From positions 2,627-66,626 of the forward strand of contig CAMDJM010000016.1 in assembly GCA_945900785.1 (NCBI GenBank): a DNA stretch of 64,000 nt, in the 5' to 3' direction. Positions within the stretch are counted from its first letter, which is position 1, and each line of letters begins with the position of its first letter. This DNA comes from Akkermansia muciniphila (GTDB lineage: Bacteria > Verrucomicrobiota > Verrucomicrobiia > Verrucomicrobiales > V1-33). Of the stretch, positions 55,028-64,000 are shown piece after piece. The position numbers and the translations under genes are program-made. The notes below the pieces were generated by a model. It did not search any database and was not told the origin of the DNA. It saw nothing but the letters and a program-made list of their open reading frames with translations.

Positions 55028-55696
55028 TTAGGCAGACCGCATGGCGGCCAGGGCTGCTGCCATATCCGGACTGCCAAAGAGCGAGCTGCCGGCCACGAGG
55101 ACATTGGCCCCGGCCTGGGTGGCACTGACCGCCGTTTCCTGGGTGATGCCACCGTCGACTTCGATGTGATATTTCAAGCCATGGGTTTCGCGCCAGGCCT
55201 TGGCCTGACGCACCGTATCAAGGGTGGCGGGGATCAGAGGCTGACCACCAAACCCTGGCACGACCGTCATGACCAGCAGAAGGTCGATTTGGTCCAGGAA
55301 GGGCACGACTCTGGCAAAGTCCGTTTCCGGCCGCAGGGAAAGCCCGGCCTGACAGCGGGCTTCGCGGATGCGGCGCAGGGTTTCGGCAACATCATGCTGG
55401 GCCTCCACGTGCACCGTGATGCCATCCGCTCCGGCTTTGAAAAAGCGTGGGAGAAAATGGTCCGGACGTTCGATCATGAGGTGGACATCAAGAAAGATGT
55501 CGTTGGTTTTTGACAGGCACTCGATGAACTGGGGGCCGAAGGTGATGTTATCCACAAAGTGCCCGTCCATGACATCGCAGTGCAGCCAGTCCGCGCCCGC
55601 GCGGATGGCGCGGGAGCATTCCTCCGGCAGACGGCTCCAGTCGGCGGCGAGCAGGGAAGGGGCGATGAGGCGGGTGGTGCAGGGATGATGGATCAT
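55028..55696 (-). CDS. rpe: Ribulose-phosphate 3-epimerase
   Basis: IAPSLLAAD...L......I..AGADW.H.DVMDGHFV.NITFGP.......T...FLDVHLMI..P.......F..AGAD.ITVH.E......LLLVMTV.PGFGGQ..I..TL..........IEVDGGI. Confidence 0.92.
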   Translation of the reverse strand: MIHHPCTTRLIAPSLLAADWSRLPEECSRAIRAGADWLHCDVMDGHFVDNITFGPQFIECLSKTNDIFLDVHLMIERPDHFLPRFFKAGADGITVHVEAQHDVAETLRRIREARCQAGLSLRPETDFARVVPFLDQIDLLLVMTVVPGFGGQPLIPATLDTVRQAKAWRETHGLKYHIEVDGGITQETAVSATQAGANVLVAGSSLFGSPDMAAALAAMRSA

Positions 55697-55714
55697 GGGA
55701 ATAGCGCGGGGAGC

Positions 55715-57661
55715 CTAGCGGTTCAGCACCTGCTCCAGCCGGGTGCCGAGGGCGCGTTCCAGAGCCATCACGGCCTTGTAATAATCCGACCAGACTTCGT
55801 AGCGGTCCTGCTCAAATTTGGCGACGAGATCCTCGTTCTGATACCTGGTTTTCAGATTTTTGATAGGATCAATGGCGGTCTGGGCAATACTCCTGGCAGC
55901 GTTCGCCCTGATGCGCTCCAAGTCTGCATCGAAGGCGCTCAATTCCCTGGCTGAGATATGGATGCGGGATAGGGCAGCGCGGATTTCGGTGCCGATGAAG
56001 CGGCGCTGGTCTTCGATCCGCTTGGAAAACACTTCGGTGGCCTTTTCGTGCTCCAGGTGGGCCTTGTTCAGGCCAGTCCAATCAAAGATAGGCAGGGTGA
56101 TGCCGGCCCGGACCGACCACTCGTCGGACCCGCTGGTGCGGCCTTCCGTCTGGGAGGTGGCCCAGCCTGCATCAATGAAACTGAAGTAGGGAATCTTCGC
56201 GGCCTTGGTCCCCATCAGTTCAGCCTTGGCCATGGCGAGACGCGCCTGAAGATCCAACAAATCCGAGCGGTGCAGCATCGCCATGGTGATCAGATAGTCC
56301 ACATCCAGCGATTCCGCCGGGACGACGCGCCGGATGGGATGCTTCAGGGTGCCGATTCGTTCCGGCTGGGGGAGCCCGCAAAAGGCGGCCAGCTCCTGAC
56401 GCTGCCGGGCCAGATCGGTTCGGAATTCCCGTTGATCACGGATGGATTTCATTACCTCAAGGCGCACATCGGCAGCCAGGTCCGCGAGTTCCGGCATGCT
56501 GGCGGTCTCGATCTGCGTGCCCAATTTTTCCTGCTCCGCCCGGCGGGCGAGGGAAGCCCGGGCCACACTTTCACCCATGTTCAGGTCCTCATAGAGGGCA
56601 CGCACGGTGCGGACGATTTTGTCTTCTTCGATCAGATACTCGGACTCCGCGCGGGCCGTGGCGGCGGCGGCCATTTCAATTTTGGCGCGGCGCTCCAAGG
56701 GATTGGGTGGCTTGAAACGGACGAGCAGACTCAATTGGTCGGCGCGTCCAAAGTCGTCAGGGTGATTCACGATTTGCCGGGACCGCTCGACGATGCGCCG
56801 GTCGGTGCTGGCCTTCTCCGATTCGTTTTTTACGCCGGTCGATCCAAAAATGGTATCTGCAGTGCGTTGCTGGCCGGAGGAGACCGAGCTGCGGTTTTCA
56901 TAAACCGTGGTATCAATGACATCACGGAAACGCCCTGGCGTGACGCGCCGCTCGATCGTGCGGGAGCGGCTGGTATTCAGGGACCCGGAGCTGGTTTGGA
57001 GTTGGCTTTCGCCAAAACCGGGAAAAATCTCACCCGCCAGATTCCGTTGGGATTGGGTGGTGGAAAATTGCTCCCTGGCGGTGATCCGTTCGGTTTCCTG
57101 CTCGGTAAACGGCTGGCGGATCCGGTCGTCATGATCCCAGGCATAACCAATCCGCAGTTCCGGATTTTCCCAATCCTTCACGCCCAGAGCCTTGGCCTGT
57201 GAAATCTGCACTGCCGCGCGGAGGCGGGCCAGGTCCGGACTGTTGGCGATGGCCAGCCGGATCAGGGAGTCCTCCCCCAGCAAACCGCTGCCGGGAATTT
57301 CACGCACCAGGGCATCCTCCGCCGGCACGGTGCGTGGTGGTTTTACAGGAATGGCCTGGACTTTGGAGGGGGCTTTGTTTTTGGAAAGACTGGGGCCGCT
57401 GGGAGCCTTCGGCTCCGGAGTGGCGAGGGGTTTGGCCTGGGCCCTGGGTTTTTCCTGCTGCCAGCCGGGACCATACTGATTTCCCGCCAGCAGCGTCATC
57501 GGGCCCAGTGCCAAACCGACAACAGGAATCACGAGGCAGCGCACGGAATGGAGGTGAGGGAGCTGGGAACGGAGCATGGGCGGTCGATGGCGGGAAGGCA
57601 GAAATGACAAAGATAACCCGGGAATGAGCCGGTGGTCCATCGGAAAACTAAGGGAAGGCAC
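55715..57661 (-). CDS. TolC-family outer-membrane efflux protein
   Basis: LIRLAIANSPDLARLRAAVQISQAK...NPELRIGY and later LITMAMLHRSDLLDLQARLAMAKAEL. This is the two-repeat OEP architecture. The N-terminal start is uncertain (alternative MLRSQL at 57577). Confidence 0.7.
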   Translation of the reverse strand: MPSLSFPMDHRLIPGLSLSFLPSRHRPPMLRSQLPHLHSVRCLVIPVVGLALGPMTLLAGNQYGPGWQQEKPRAQAKPLATPEPKAPSGPSLSKNKAPSKVQAIPVKPPRTVPAEDALVREIPGSGLLGEDSLIRLAIANSPDLARLRAAVQISQAKALGVKDWENPELRIGYAWDHDDRIRQPFTEQETERITAREQFSTTQSQRNLAGEIFPGFGESQLQTSSGSLNTSRSRTIERRVTPGRFRDVIDTTVYENRSSVSSGQQRTADTIFGSTGVKNESEKASTDRRIVERSRQIVNHPDDFGRADQLSLLVRFKPPNPLERRAKIEMAAAATARAESEYLIEEDKIVRTVRALYEDLNMGESVARASLARRAEQEKLGTQIETASMPELADLAADVRLEVMKSIRDQREFRTDLARQRQELAAFCGLPQPERIGTLKHPIRRVVPAESLDVDYLITMAMLHRSDLLDLQARLAMAKAELMGTKAAKIPYFSFIDAGWATSQTEGRTSGSDEWSVRAGITLPIFDWTGLNKAHLEHEKATEVFSKRIEDQRRFIGTEIRAALSRIHISARELSAFDADLERIRANAARSIAQTAIDPIKNLKTRYQNEDLVAKFEQDRYEVWSDYYKAVMALERALGTRLEQVLNR

Positions 57662-57785
57662 CTGAATCGTTCATGAAAAATGCAGGATATCGCTCCCTGG
57701 CCGGTCCGGCCAGCCTGCTGGCCCTGATTTGGAAAAGCCGCCTTTCCGCTTATCAATCCCCGCGCAGCGTGCCAAAGATACCAAA

Positions 57786-58970
57786 ATGCCCGATTCCCCT
57801 GCCGATTCCCCCGTCATTCCTGCCCGGCAGCCCTCCATGCCTGCTGGGGCTCCCCCGCCGTCCTGCACTTGTGGAGCACCCCTTTTCCGCGAAAACACCA
57901 CCTGCCTGCGGTGCCGGGCCCTGGTGGGATTCCTGCCGGATCAGGGCTGGCTCCTTTCCTTCACCGCTCTGCCTGACGGCACCTTTACCAACAGCCACCC
58001 CTCGCTTCAAAACCGCGTTTACAAGACCTGTGCCAACCGCACTGCCGCCCCGCAGTGCAATTGGATGATCGCCACCAGCGATGCCGGCCAACCCTGTCTC
58101 TCCTGCTCCCTCACCCGCACCACCCCTAACCCCGCCGTCCCGGAAGCCGCCGCGCGCTGGACGGCTGCGGAGCACGCCAAGCGCCACGTCCTCATCCAAC
58201 TTCTCCGCCATCGCCTCCCCGTCCGCTCCCGCCACACCCACCCGGATGGCGTCTGGTTCGATTTCCTCCAGCCGCTCCCCGGCGGCCCTCCCGTCCTCAC
58301 CGGACACCAGCGCGGCCTGATCACGATCAATCTCAGTGAAGCTGACCCTGCCCAGCGCGCCCTGATCCAGGAAAAAATGGGGGAATCCTACCGCACCCTG
58401 ACCGGTCATATGCGGCATGAGCTGGCGCATTATTACTGGGAGCGTTTTTCCACGGATGCCGCCTGGCTCCAGCAATGCCGCAGCGTCTTCGGCGACGATC
58501 GTCAGGACTACGCCGCCGCCCTGGCCACCCATCACCGTCAGGGGCCGCCGCCGCAGTGGGCCAGCCGTTTCATCAGCGCCTACGCCAGCAGCCATCCCTG
58601 GGAAGATTGGGCCGAAACCTTTGCCCACTATCTGCACATGGATGAGGCGCTCCACACCGCCCAGCGGCTGGGCCTTGATCTCCGCCGCCTCAAACTCCGC
58701 ACTGACTCCTTTGATCACGCCGCCCTTTTCCCCTCCAGTCCGGCGGCGGATCCTGCTTTTCTGGATACCATCGACCGCTGGGTCCTGCTCAGTCTCACGG
58801 CCAACGAAATCAACGCCGCCCTGGGCCATCCCCTTGCTTATCCCTTCATCCTCAACTCCAGCATTGTCACCAAACTGCACGCCATCCACCAATCCTTCCA
58901 GCATTTCGCCGCCCCGCCCATGGCCAGCCCACTGCCCCCCAACGACCCGGCAGCAGGAACCCATCGCTAA
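57786..58970 (+). CDS. Zinc-ribbon + putative zinc-binding metallopeptidase (Peptidase_Mx-like)
   Basis: ORF 57729..58970 trimmed to ATG 57786. CTCGAPLFRENTTCLRCRALVGF is a zinc ribbon. ...GHMRHELAHYYW...SSHPWEDWAETFAHYLHM has an HExxH plus a second metal-ligand block. Confidence 0.7.
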   Translation: MPDSPADSPVIPARQPSMPAGAPPPSCTCGAPLFRENTTCLRCRALVGFLPDQGWLLSFTALPDGTFTNSHPSLQNRVYKTCANRTAAPQCNWMIATSDAGQPCLSCSLTRTTPNPAVPEAAARWTAAEHAKRHVLIQLLRHRLPVRSRHTHPDGVWFDFLQPLPGGPPVLTGHQRGLITINLSEADPAQRALIQEKMGESYRTLTGHMRHELAHYYWERFSTDAAWLQQCRSVFGDDRQDYAAALATHHRQGPPPQWASRFISAYASSHPWEDWAETFAHYLHMDEALHTAQRLGLDLRRLKLRTDSFDHAALFPSSPAADPAFLDTIDRWVLLSLTANEINAALGHPLAYPFILNSSIVTKLHAIHQSFQHFAAPPMASPLPPNDPAAGTHR

Positions 58971-58993
58971 CAATCAGCCATCCCGGCCCGCCC

Positions 58994-59350
58994 ATGACTA
59001 TCCAAAATCTCAACAACCAGACTCCCTTCACCACCAGGGACGGCTCCACCATCCGCAGCATCCTCGACCGCACCAACGCCCCCGTCCAACTCCAATCCCT
59101 TGCTGAAGCCACCCTGCCTCCGGGCGGCAGCACGGAGCGCCATTACCATAAGCTATCCGAGGAACTCTACTTTCTCCTCGAAGGCACCGGCCTCATGGAA
59201 ATCGATGGCACCTCCCGCCCGGTGACGCCGGGCGATGCCATCCTCATACCGCCGGGGGCCTGGCATCAAATCACGGCCACCTCGCCGGATCCCCTCCGCT
59301 TTCTCTGCTGCTGTGCTCCTCCTTACGATCACAGTGACACCTACTTCTGA
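58994..59350 (+). CDS. Cupin domain protein
   Basis: G.STERHYHKLSEELYFLLEGTGLMEIDG....VTPGDAILIPPGAWHQI shows the two cupin motifs. Confidence 0.8.
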   Translation: MTIQNLNNQTPFTTRDGSTIRSILDRTNAPVQLQSLAEATLPPGGSTERHYHKLSEELYFLLEGTGLMEIDGTSRPVTPGDAILIPPGAWHQITATSPDPLRFLCCCAPPYDHSDTYF

Positions 59351-59357
59351 AAAACCG

Positions 59358-59852
59358 ATGAACGACTCCAGCAATCCCCTGCCCACCCTGCCGGAATACG
59401 GCGTTTTTGGCCAGATCAGCGCCGCCGCCCGCCAGCAACTCACCAGTGCCGGCTCTTTTGAATCTTTGTCCCACGGTGCCTACCTGGCCACGATGGGACA
59501 ACCTCACGATTCCTTATCCGTTGTTGTTTCCGGCACCCTCGATGTCTACGTCCATGCCCATGCGGACATCCTGAAGGTCGCCACCGTCCAAGCCGGTGAA
59601 ACCGTCGGCGAGATGAACGTGCTCGACCCCAAGGACCGGGCTTCCGCTGATGTGGTGGTGGCGCAACCTGCAGTCGTTTTCACCATTTCCCGCCAGGCCT
59701 TCCAGGCGCTCGTCCAGCGCGATCCCGGCACTGGTCTGGAACTTGTCACCGCCCTCGGGCGCGAACTCTGCCAGCGCTTGCGCCAGGCCAGCGAATCCAT
59801 GCTCCGTCAAACCGAGGAAACCCGTGCCAACTTCCGGGACATGGATTACTGA
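59358..59852 (+). CDS. Cyclic nucleotide-binding domain protein
   Basis: ORF 59235..59852 trimmed to ATG 59358. ...LSVVVSGTLDVYV........VATVQAGETVGEMNVLD...RSADVVA.....VFTISRQAF..L is the cNMP-binding beta-roll pattern. Confidence 0.7.
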   Translation: MNDSSNPLPTLPEYGVFGQISAAARQQLTSAGSFESLSHGAYLATMGQPHDSLSVVVSGTLDVYVHAHADILKVATVQAGETVGEMNVLDPKDRASADVVVAQPAVVFTISRQAFQALVQRDPGTGLELVTALGRELCQRLRQASESMLRQTEETRANFRDMDY

Positions 59853-59866
59853 TGCGGCCGTCCCTT

Positions 59867-59966
59867 TTAGTTCTACTCTGTTAAGTTCCCCGTGGCGCAG
59901 GCTTCCAGCCTGTGCGGCCAGCGGGCTTCCAGCCCGCTGCTTCCCGAAACTAACAAAGTAGAATCA
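59867..59966 (+). repeat. MITE-like double-hairpin repeat, copy 4
   Basis: TTAGTTCTACTCTGTTAAGTTCCCCGTGGCGCAGGCTTCCAGCCTGTGCGGCCAGCGGGCTTCCAGCCCGCTGCTTCCCGAAACTAACAAAGTAGAATC. Same orientation as copy 1. Confidence 0.9.
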
Positions 59967-60020
59967 GGTGCTGCGGAAAATGACAACCCTATCCTGCCGC
60001 AAACGTATCCTTCCCGCCCC

Positions 60021-61148
60021 ATGAGTTTGACCTTCCGTTTCCTCTTCCTGCTGTCCGGCCTGGCCTGCAGCTCCCTTTCTGCCCTTGCGGCCAATCCCCC
60101 ATGGCCGCTCTGGCGCGGGGATGCTGCCATGACGGGGGTTTCCTCCGAAACCCTGACATTTCCGCTGAAGCCCGCCTGGAAATTCACCGCCGCCAAACCG
60201 ATCAAAGCCACCGCCGTGGCGGATGCCTCTCGCGCCTACTTGGGCGATGGCAAAGGCGTCTTATACGCCCTTAATTTAACAGATGGCACCAAGGCCTGGG
60301 AATTTGCCACCAAGGACTCCATTGAAGGCTCTGCTCTTTTGTCAGGCACTGACGTCATCTTCGGCAGCGCGGATGGCTTTGTCTATTGTCTGGAGGCCGC
60401 TACCGGCAAGCTGCGCTGGAAGTTCGAAACGGAAGCCGAAATCCGTGGCGGAGCCAACCTTTTTGTCAGGGAAGGTCAGGAACCGCTGGTTCTGATCGGC
60501 TCCTATGATAACCGGCTCTACGCCCTGAAAGCCAGCGATGGCACCAAAGTCTGGGTGGTGGAAACCGGCAACTATATCAACGGCACCGCCTCCCTCGTCG
60601 ATGGGATGACCGCCTTTGGGGGCTGTGATGGATTCCTCTATTTCGTCAACGCCGCCGATGGCGTGGAGAAGGGCAAAGTGGAAGTAAATAACCCGATCGC
60701 CAGCACCGTCGCCTCCCGCAACGGCATCGCCGTCGTTGGGCACTACGGCAATGAAATCGTCGCCGTGGAAGCGGCGACCTTGAAGCCAAAGTGGACTTAC
60801 AAGGACCGCGAGTTCCCTTTTTTCTCCTCGCCCGCGATCAGCCTGGATGGCCTTGTCTTCGCGGGCGACCGCGGCAAGCGCATGCACTGCCTCAGCCTCG
60901 CCACCGGTGAGGAAAAATGGGCGTTCCGCGCTTCCGGCAGGATTGATAGCTCGCCCGTTGTTACCGGCTCTCATCTCGTCTTCGGCAGCGACGATGGCAA
61001 GGTCTATGCCGTGAATCTCAGCGATGGCAAGGAAGCCTGGTCCTATGAGATTGGCCAACCGGTGCAGACCAGCCCCTGCATCGCAGCCGGCCGGCTCATC
61101 ATGGGGGCCGATGATGGCATCATCTATGGTTTCGCGGCGGTGCCCTGA
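60021..61148 (+). CDS. PQQ-like beta-propeller repeat protein (BamB-like fold)
   Basis: ORF 59892..61148 trimmed to ATG 60021, since the upstream part is the repeat element. Signal peptide. Repeated G.LYAL...DG...W / G.VYC.....G...W motifs. Confidence 0.8.
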   Translation: MSLTFRFLFLLSGLACSSLSALAANPPWPLWRGDAAMTGVSSETLTFPLKPAWKFTAAKPIKATAVADASRAYLGDGKGVLYALNLTDGTKAWEFATKDSIEGSALLSGTDVIFGSADGFVYCLEAATGKLRWKFETEAEIRGGANLFVREGQEPLVLIGSYDNRLYALKASDGTKVWVVETGNYINGTASLVDGMTAFGGCDGFLYFVNAADGVEKGKVEVNNPIASTVASRNGIAVVGHYGNEIVAVEAATLKPKWTYKDREFPFFSSPAISLDGLVFAGDRGKRMHCLSLATGEEKWAFRASGRIDSSPVVTGSHLVFGSDDGKVYAVNLSDGKEAWSYEIGQPVQTSPCIAAGRLIMGADDGIIYGFAAVP

Positions 61149-61156
61149 ACACCGTC

Positions 61157-62473
61157 CTACCAAACCCGCGCCCACAGCGCTTTAAGGTAGCGGCCTTCCG
61201 GACAATTCGACATCACCGGGTGATCGGCTCCTGGCCCGGTGGCGTCAAGAAATTGCAGCCTGCGCTTGGCCCGGTGCGCGGCTTTGGTGACGATCTGTTC
61301 AAACTCCATGGGGCTGACCAGGCCGGAGCAGGAGCACGTCAGGAACAGTCCACCCGGCAGGATCAGTTCCAGCGCGAGCCGGTTTAAATCCTCGTATTTC
61401 TGACGGCCGTTTTCCTCGATTTCATCGCGGCTGTGGACCAGCTTCGGCGGATCCAGCACCACCACGTCCCACTGGGGCGCTTCGCTGCGGATGAGCGTCC
61501 TGATATAGGAAAAGGCATCGGTGTGCACCCAGTCGATGCCCCGCACCAGGTTCAGATTGGCATTCCGCTGGGCCTGGGCGATAGCTTTTTCATCCAGGTC
61601 CACTGCCGTCACCTCCAAGGCTCCTCCCAGCATTTTGGCGGCGATGGCGAATCCTCCGGTATAACAACAGAGATCCAGCACCCGTTTCCCGCTGACCATG
61701 GTGGAAAGCTTCAGCCGGTTTTCCCGCTGATCACAGAAAAATCCTGTCTTGTGCCCTTCCTCGAAATTGACCTCATATCGCACGCCATGTTCGCGGCACT
61801 TCACGGTGCGCACCGCCCCCTGGGCCACGGGCTCGGGGCGGATGCCCTCGATGCGCGCGATGTCATCGTCCACGCGGATCAGGTGGCGCCTGGTGCCCAG
61901 CAGTTCATGCAGGCGTGGCATCCAGTCCGGCAGCCGCTGCCACACGCCGAGGCTGTGCACATCCGCCAATAACACATCGGAATAGCGGTCGATGATCAGC
62001 CCGCTCAGTCCATCCCCATCCGAGTTCACCACGCGGTAGGCTTCAGCTCTGGCATCCAGTTTCAGAATGTCGCGGCGCAGTTCCACGGCGCGTTCGAGCG
62101 CCTTCAGGAAAAAGGAATCGTCCGCCGCTTCCACCGCGCTGTGGTGAATCATGCGGAGCGGCACCCGGGCCCGGGCATTGTAAAATCCAGCGCCAAAGCG
62201 GTCCCCATTTTTGTCATACACTGTCACGATTTCCCCCGGATTGATCTTCGGAGAGTTCCCGGCCAGCATGCGGGGATAAACGGCGGGTTGATAGGTGAAA
62301 TACTTCAGCTGCACCCACGGCGTGTCCCACTTTTCACTGCCTTCGGGGGGCGTATAAACAGCAGGAGCCTGGGCCGGACGGCGCATCGGTTGGCGATAGG
62401 GATTCATTCCCCATGCTGTCGCGCGGGCCTTTCTCCGCAAACGCGAATCCTGCTGGACCCCACTTTCAGGCAC
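61157..62473 (-). CDS. Class I SAM-dependent rRNA methyltransferase (RlmI/RlmK-like, PUA + MTase)
   Basis: AYRVVNSDGDGLSGLIIDRYSDVLL...; VLDLCCYTGGFAIAA (SAM motif I); VVVLDPPKL (motif IV). The start may be MNPYRQ at 62407. Confidence 0.85.
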   Translation of the reverse strand: MPESGVQQDSRLRRKARATAWGMNPYRQPMRRPAQAPAVYTPPEGSEKWDTPWVQLKYFTYQPAVYPRMLAGNSPKINPGEIVTVYDKNGDRFGAGFYNARARVPLRMIHHSAVEAADDSFFLKALERAVELRRDILKLDARAEAYRVVNSDGDGLSGLIIDRYSDVLLADVHSLGVWQRLPDWMPRLHELLGTRRHLIRVDDDIARIEGIRPEPVAQGAVRTVKCREHGVRYEVNFEEGHKTGFFCDQRENRLKLSTMVSGKRVLDLCCYTGGFAIAAKMLGGALEVTAVDLDEKAIAQAQRNANLNLVRGIDWVHTDAFSYIRTLIRSEAPQWDVVVLDPPKLVHSRDEIEENGRQKYEDLNRLALELILPGGLFLTCSCSGLVSPMEFEQIVTKAAHRAKRRLQFLDATGPGADHPVMSNCPEGRYLKALWARVW

Positions 62474-62556
62474 TCCCGCCAGCCTCCCGCTTGATCTTGC
62501 GGGCTTTTTCCTTTAGGAAGATTGAATATCAGGTAACCTTGTCTTTTCCCATTCCT

Positions 62557-63822
62557 ATGTCCACCCGCCGCTCCTTTCTGCGACTTGCTGGCACCGCTTC
62601 CGGTGCGGCTTTTCTGTCCTCCTGTGCTGTGCCAGGAGGCAACTCCTCCAGTGCTGGCATGACACCCCGGAGCGGTGGTCCTTTTGCCTTGGGGATCGAT
62701 CTTCTAGCCGAGTCCAACTTTGCCAGTCTGCGTGGCAAACGCGTCGGCCTGATCCTGAATCAAACCAGCGCCGCGCGGAATGGCACGCCCTCCCGGGTGC
62801 TGCTGCAGCGCGCCCTCGGGCCGGCATTCACCTCCCTTTACACGCCGGAGCACGGCTTGGATGGCAAGGAAAAAGCTGGGATCCACGTCACTTCCCGGCG
62901 CGATCCTCTCACGGGCCTGCCCGCCTACAGTCTCTACGGCGCTACCCGCAAACCCGCACCGGCGATGCTGGCTAACATCGACTGTCTGCTCTTCGATTTG
63001 CAGGACATTGGCAGCCGCAGCTACACCTACATCAGCACCATGGCCCTCGCCATGGAAGCCTGCGCCGGGCAGGGGAAGGAATTCATCGTGCTTGACCGGC
63101 CGAATCCGTTGGGCGGCCTGCGCGTCTCCGGTCCACCCTTGGAACCCGCCTGGAAGTCCTTCGTGGGTCAGGTTCCGGTGCCCTATGTTCACGGCCTGAC
63201 TGCCGGTGAATTGGCGAAAATGATCAATGCCTTTGGCTGGATCAAAGCCCGCCCGCGACTCACTGTTATCCCCATGCGGGGCTGGCAACGGGCCATGACC
63301 TGGCGGGATACCGGCCTGCGCTGGATCCCCACCAGCCCGAATATTCCTGGTCCGGAAAGCCCGCTTTATTATGCCACCACCGGCATCCTCGGCGGCTTGA
63401 ATGGAGTGGACATCGGCATTGGCACCGCCCGGCCGTTTGAATATGCCGGAGGGCCGGGGATCAATCCTGACGAATTCGCAGCGTCTCTTTCCCGCATGGG
63501 CATTCCTGGAGTCCGTTTCCGTCCCTACCACAGCGAAAGAAAGCCAGGCTTTGCCGGAGTGCAGCTGATAATCGATCCTCACGGTAAAACTGATCTCCTC
63601 GCGCTGGCCGTGCTCCTCGCCAGCGAGGTCTGCCGCCGCACCGGGAACTCCCCCCTGCGGGCCACCACGGGCGATACGCGGAGTCTCTTCCACAAGGTCT
63701 ATGGCAGCGATTCGCTCTTCCGTGACCTGTCGAACGGACGCTCCATTTCTGCAATCATGGCCTCCTGGCAACCCTCCCTGAATGCCTTCCGCAACGCGCG
63801 GCAGCGGTTTCTGATGTATTGA
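62557..63822 (+). CDS. DUF1343 family protein (NamZ-like exo-beta-N-acetylmuramidase)
   Basis: ORF 62413..63822 trimmed to ATG 62557. Tat-like MSTRRSFLRLAG. GKRVGLILNQTS........L.....L.SLYTPEHGL.G.......SLYG....P....L..ID.LLFDLQDIGSRSYTYISTM...MEA.......F.VLDRPNPLGG is the DUF1343 signature. Confidence 0.85.
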   Translation: MSTRRSFLRLAGTASGAAFLSSCAVPGGNSSSAGMTPRSGGPFALGIDLLAESNFASLRGKRVGLILNQTSAARNGTPSRVLLQRALGPAFTSLYTPEHGLDGKEKAGIHVTSRRDPLTGLPAYSLYGATRKPAPAMLANIDCLLFDLQDIGSRSYTYISTMALAMEACAGQGKEFIVLDRPNPLGGLRVSGPPLEPAWKSFVGQVPVPYVHGLTAGELAKMINAFGWIKARPRLTVIPMRGWQRAMTWRDTGLRWIPTSPNIPGPESPLYYATTGILGGLNGVDIGIGTARPFEYAGGPGINPDEFAASLSRMGIPGVRFRPYHSERKPGFAGVQLIIDPHGKTDLLALAVLLASEVCRRTGNSPLRATTGDTRSLFHKVYGSDSLFRDLSNGRSISAIMASWQPSLNAFRNARQRFLMY

Positions 63823-64000
63823 GGAACACAGCCCTCCTGGCGGTGCCGGCGGGCGGTCGTCCCGACTGCTTGTATGCTGTTGCGGTCAGGATGACCGCCC
63901 GCCAGCAGCGGCGGGATGCCCGTGTTCCTGGCATCAACCGAAAGCGATAGGTCTGATCTGCGGGTCTTCTATCCACTATTGGAAGAATTGCCGGGCGGCA

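Noticed and set aside
5217-59966. Dispersed ~100-bp repeats as a possible CRISPR array.
   Set aside because: The four copies are 3-33 kb apart, occur in both orientations, have no regular spacers and no cas genes. They are MITE/REP-like, not CRISPR.

Overview
A 64-kb, high-GC chromosomal segment that looks like a PVC-superphylum (Verrucomicrobiota-like) genome. The lineage call rests on marker families: a DUF1592/DUF1588 + DUF1552 pair, a 1277-aa PmoA-like / 'membrane-bound dehydrogenase' / HEAT / CxxCH protein, and many secreted lipoproteins and TPR proteins. Most of the window is ordinary core genome: ruvA, pdxH, hpt, fmt, rpe, an rlmI-like methyltransferase, a MoeB/ThiF-rhodanese gene, a TPR-ExbB-ExbD-ExbD cluster, a TolC-like OMP and a NamZ-like DUF1343 protein. 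The exception is about 8.0-20.6 kb, directly downstream of tRNA-Phe(GAA). This is a decayed integrated mobile element. It carries a 5'-truncated serine recombinase, a frameshifted parA, parB, an antitoxin with a nonsense-inactivated ParE/RelE toxin, a ~1-kb hairpin- and iteron-rich non-coding block, an integrase-arm-like mini-ORF, an IS1634-family transposase pseudogene and an IS21-like end remnant. Its only intact multi-gene cargo is a translationally coupled four-gene operon (13762-18329): RavA/MoxR-like AAA+ ATPase, unknown 195-aa protein, HExxH + VWA (DUF2201-like) protein, and a divergent S-adenosylmethionine-synthetase (MetK) paralog. I regard this operon as the best candidate for an undescribed system. 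Other points worth a second look are a ~100-bp MITE-like double-hairpin repeat in four copies, three families of short intergenic oligo-repeats, a cluster of RNase P RNA signature motifs with the wrong spacing, a MoeB-like gene with no canonical start codon, and several gene fragments. I saw no rRNA genes and no CRISPR array. All homology statements come from reading the translated ORFs by eye. No searches were run.
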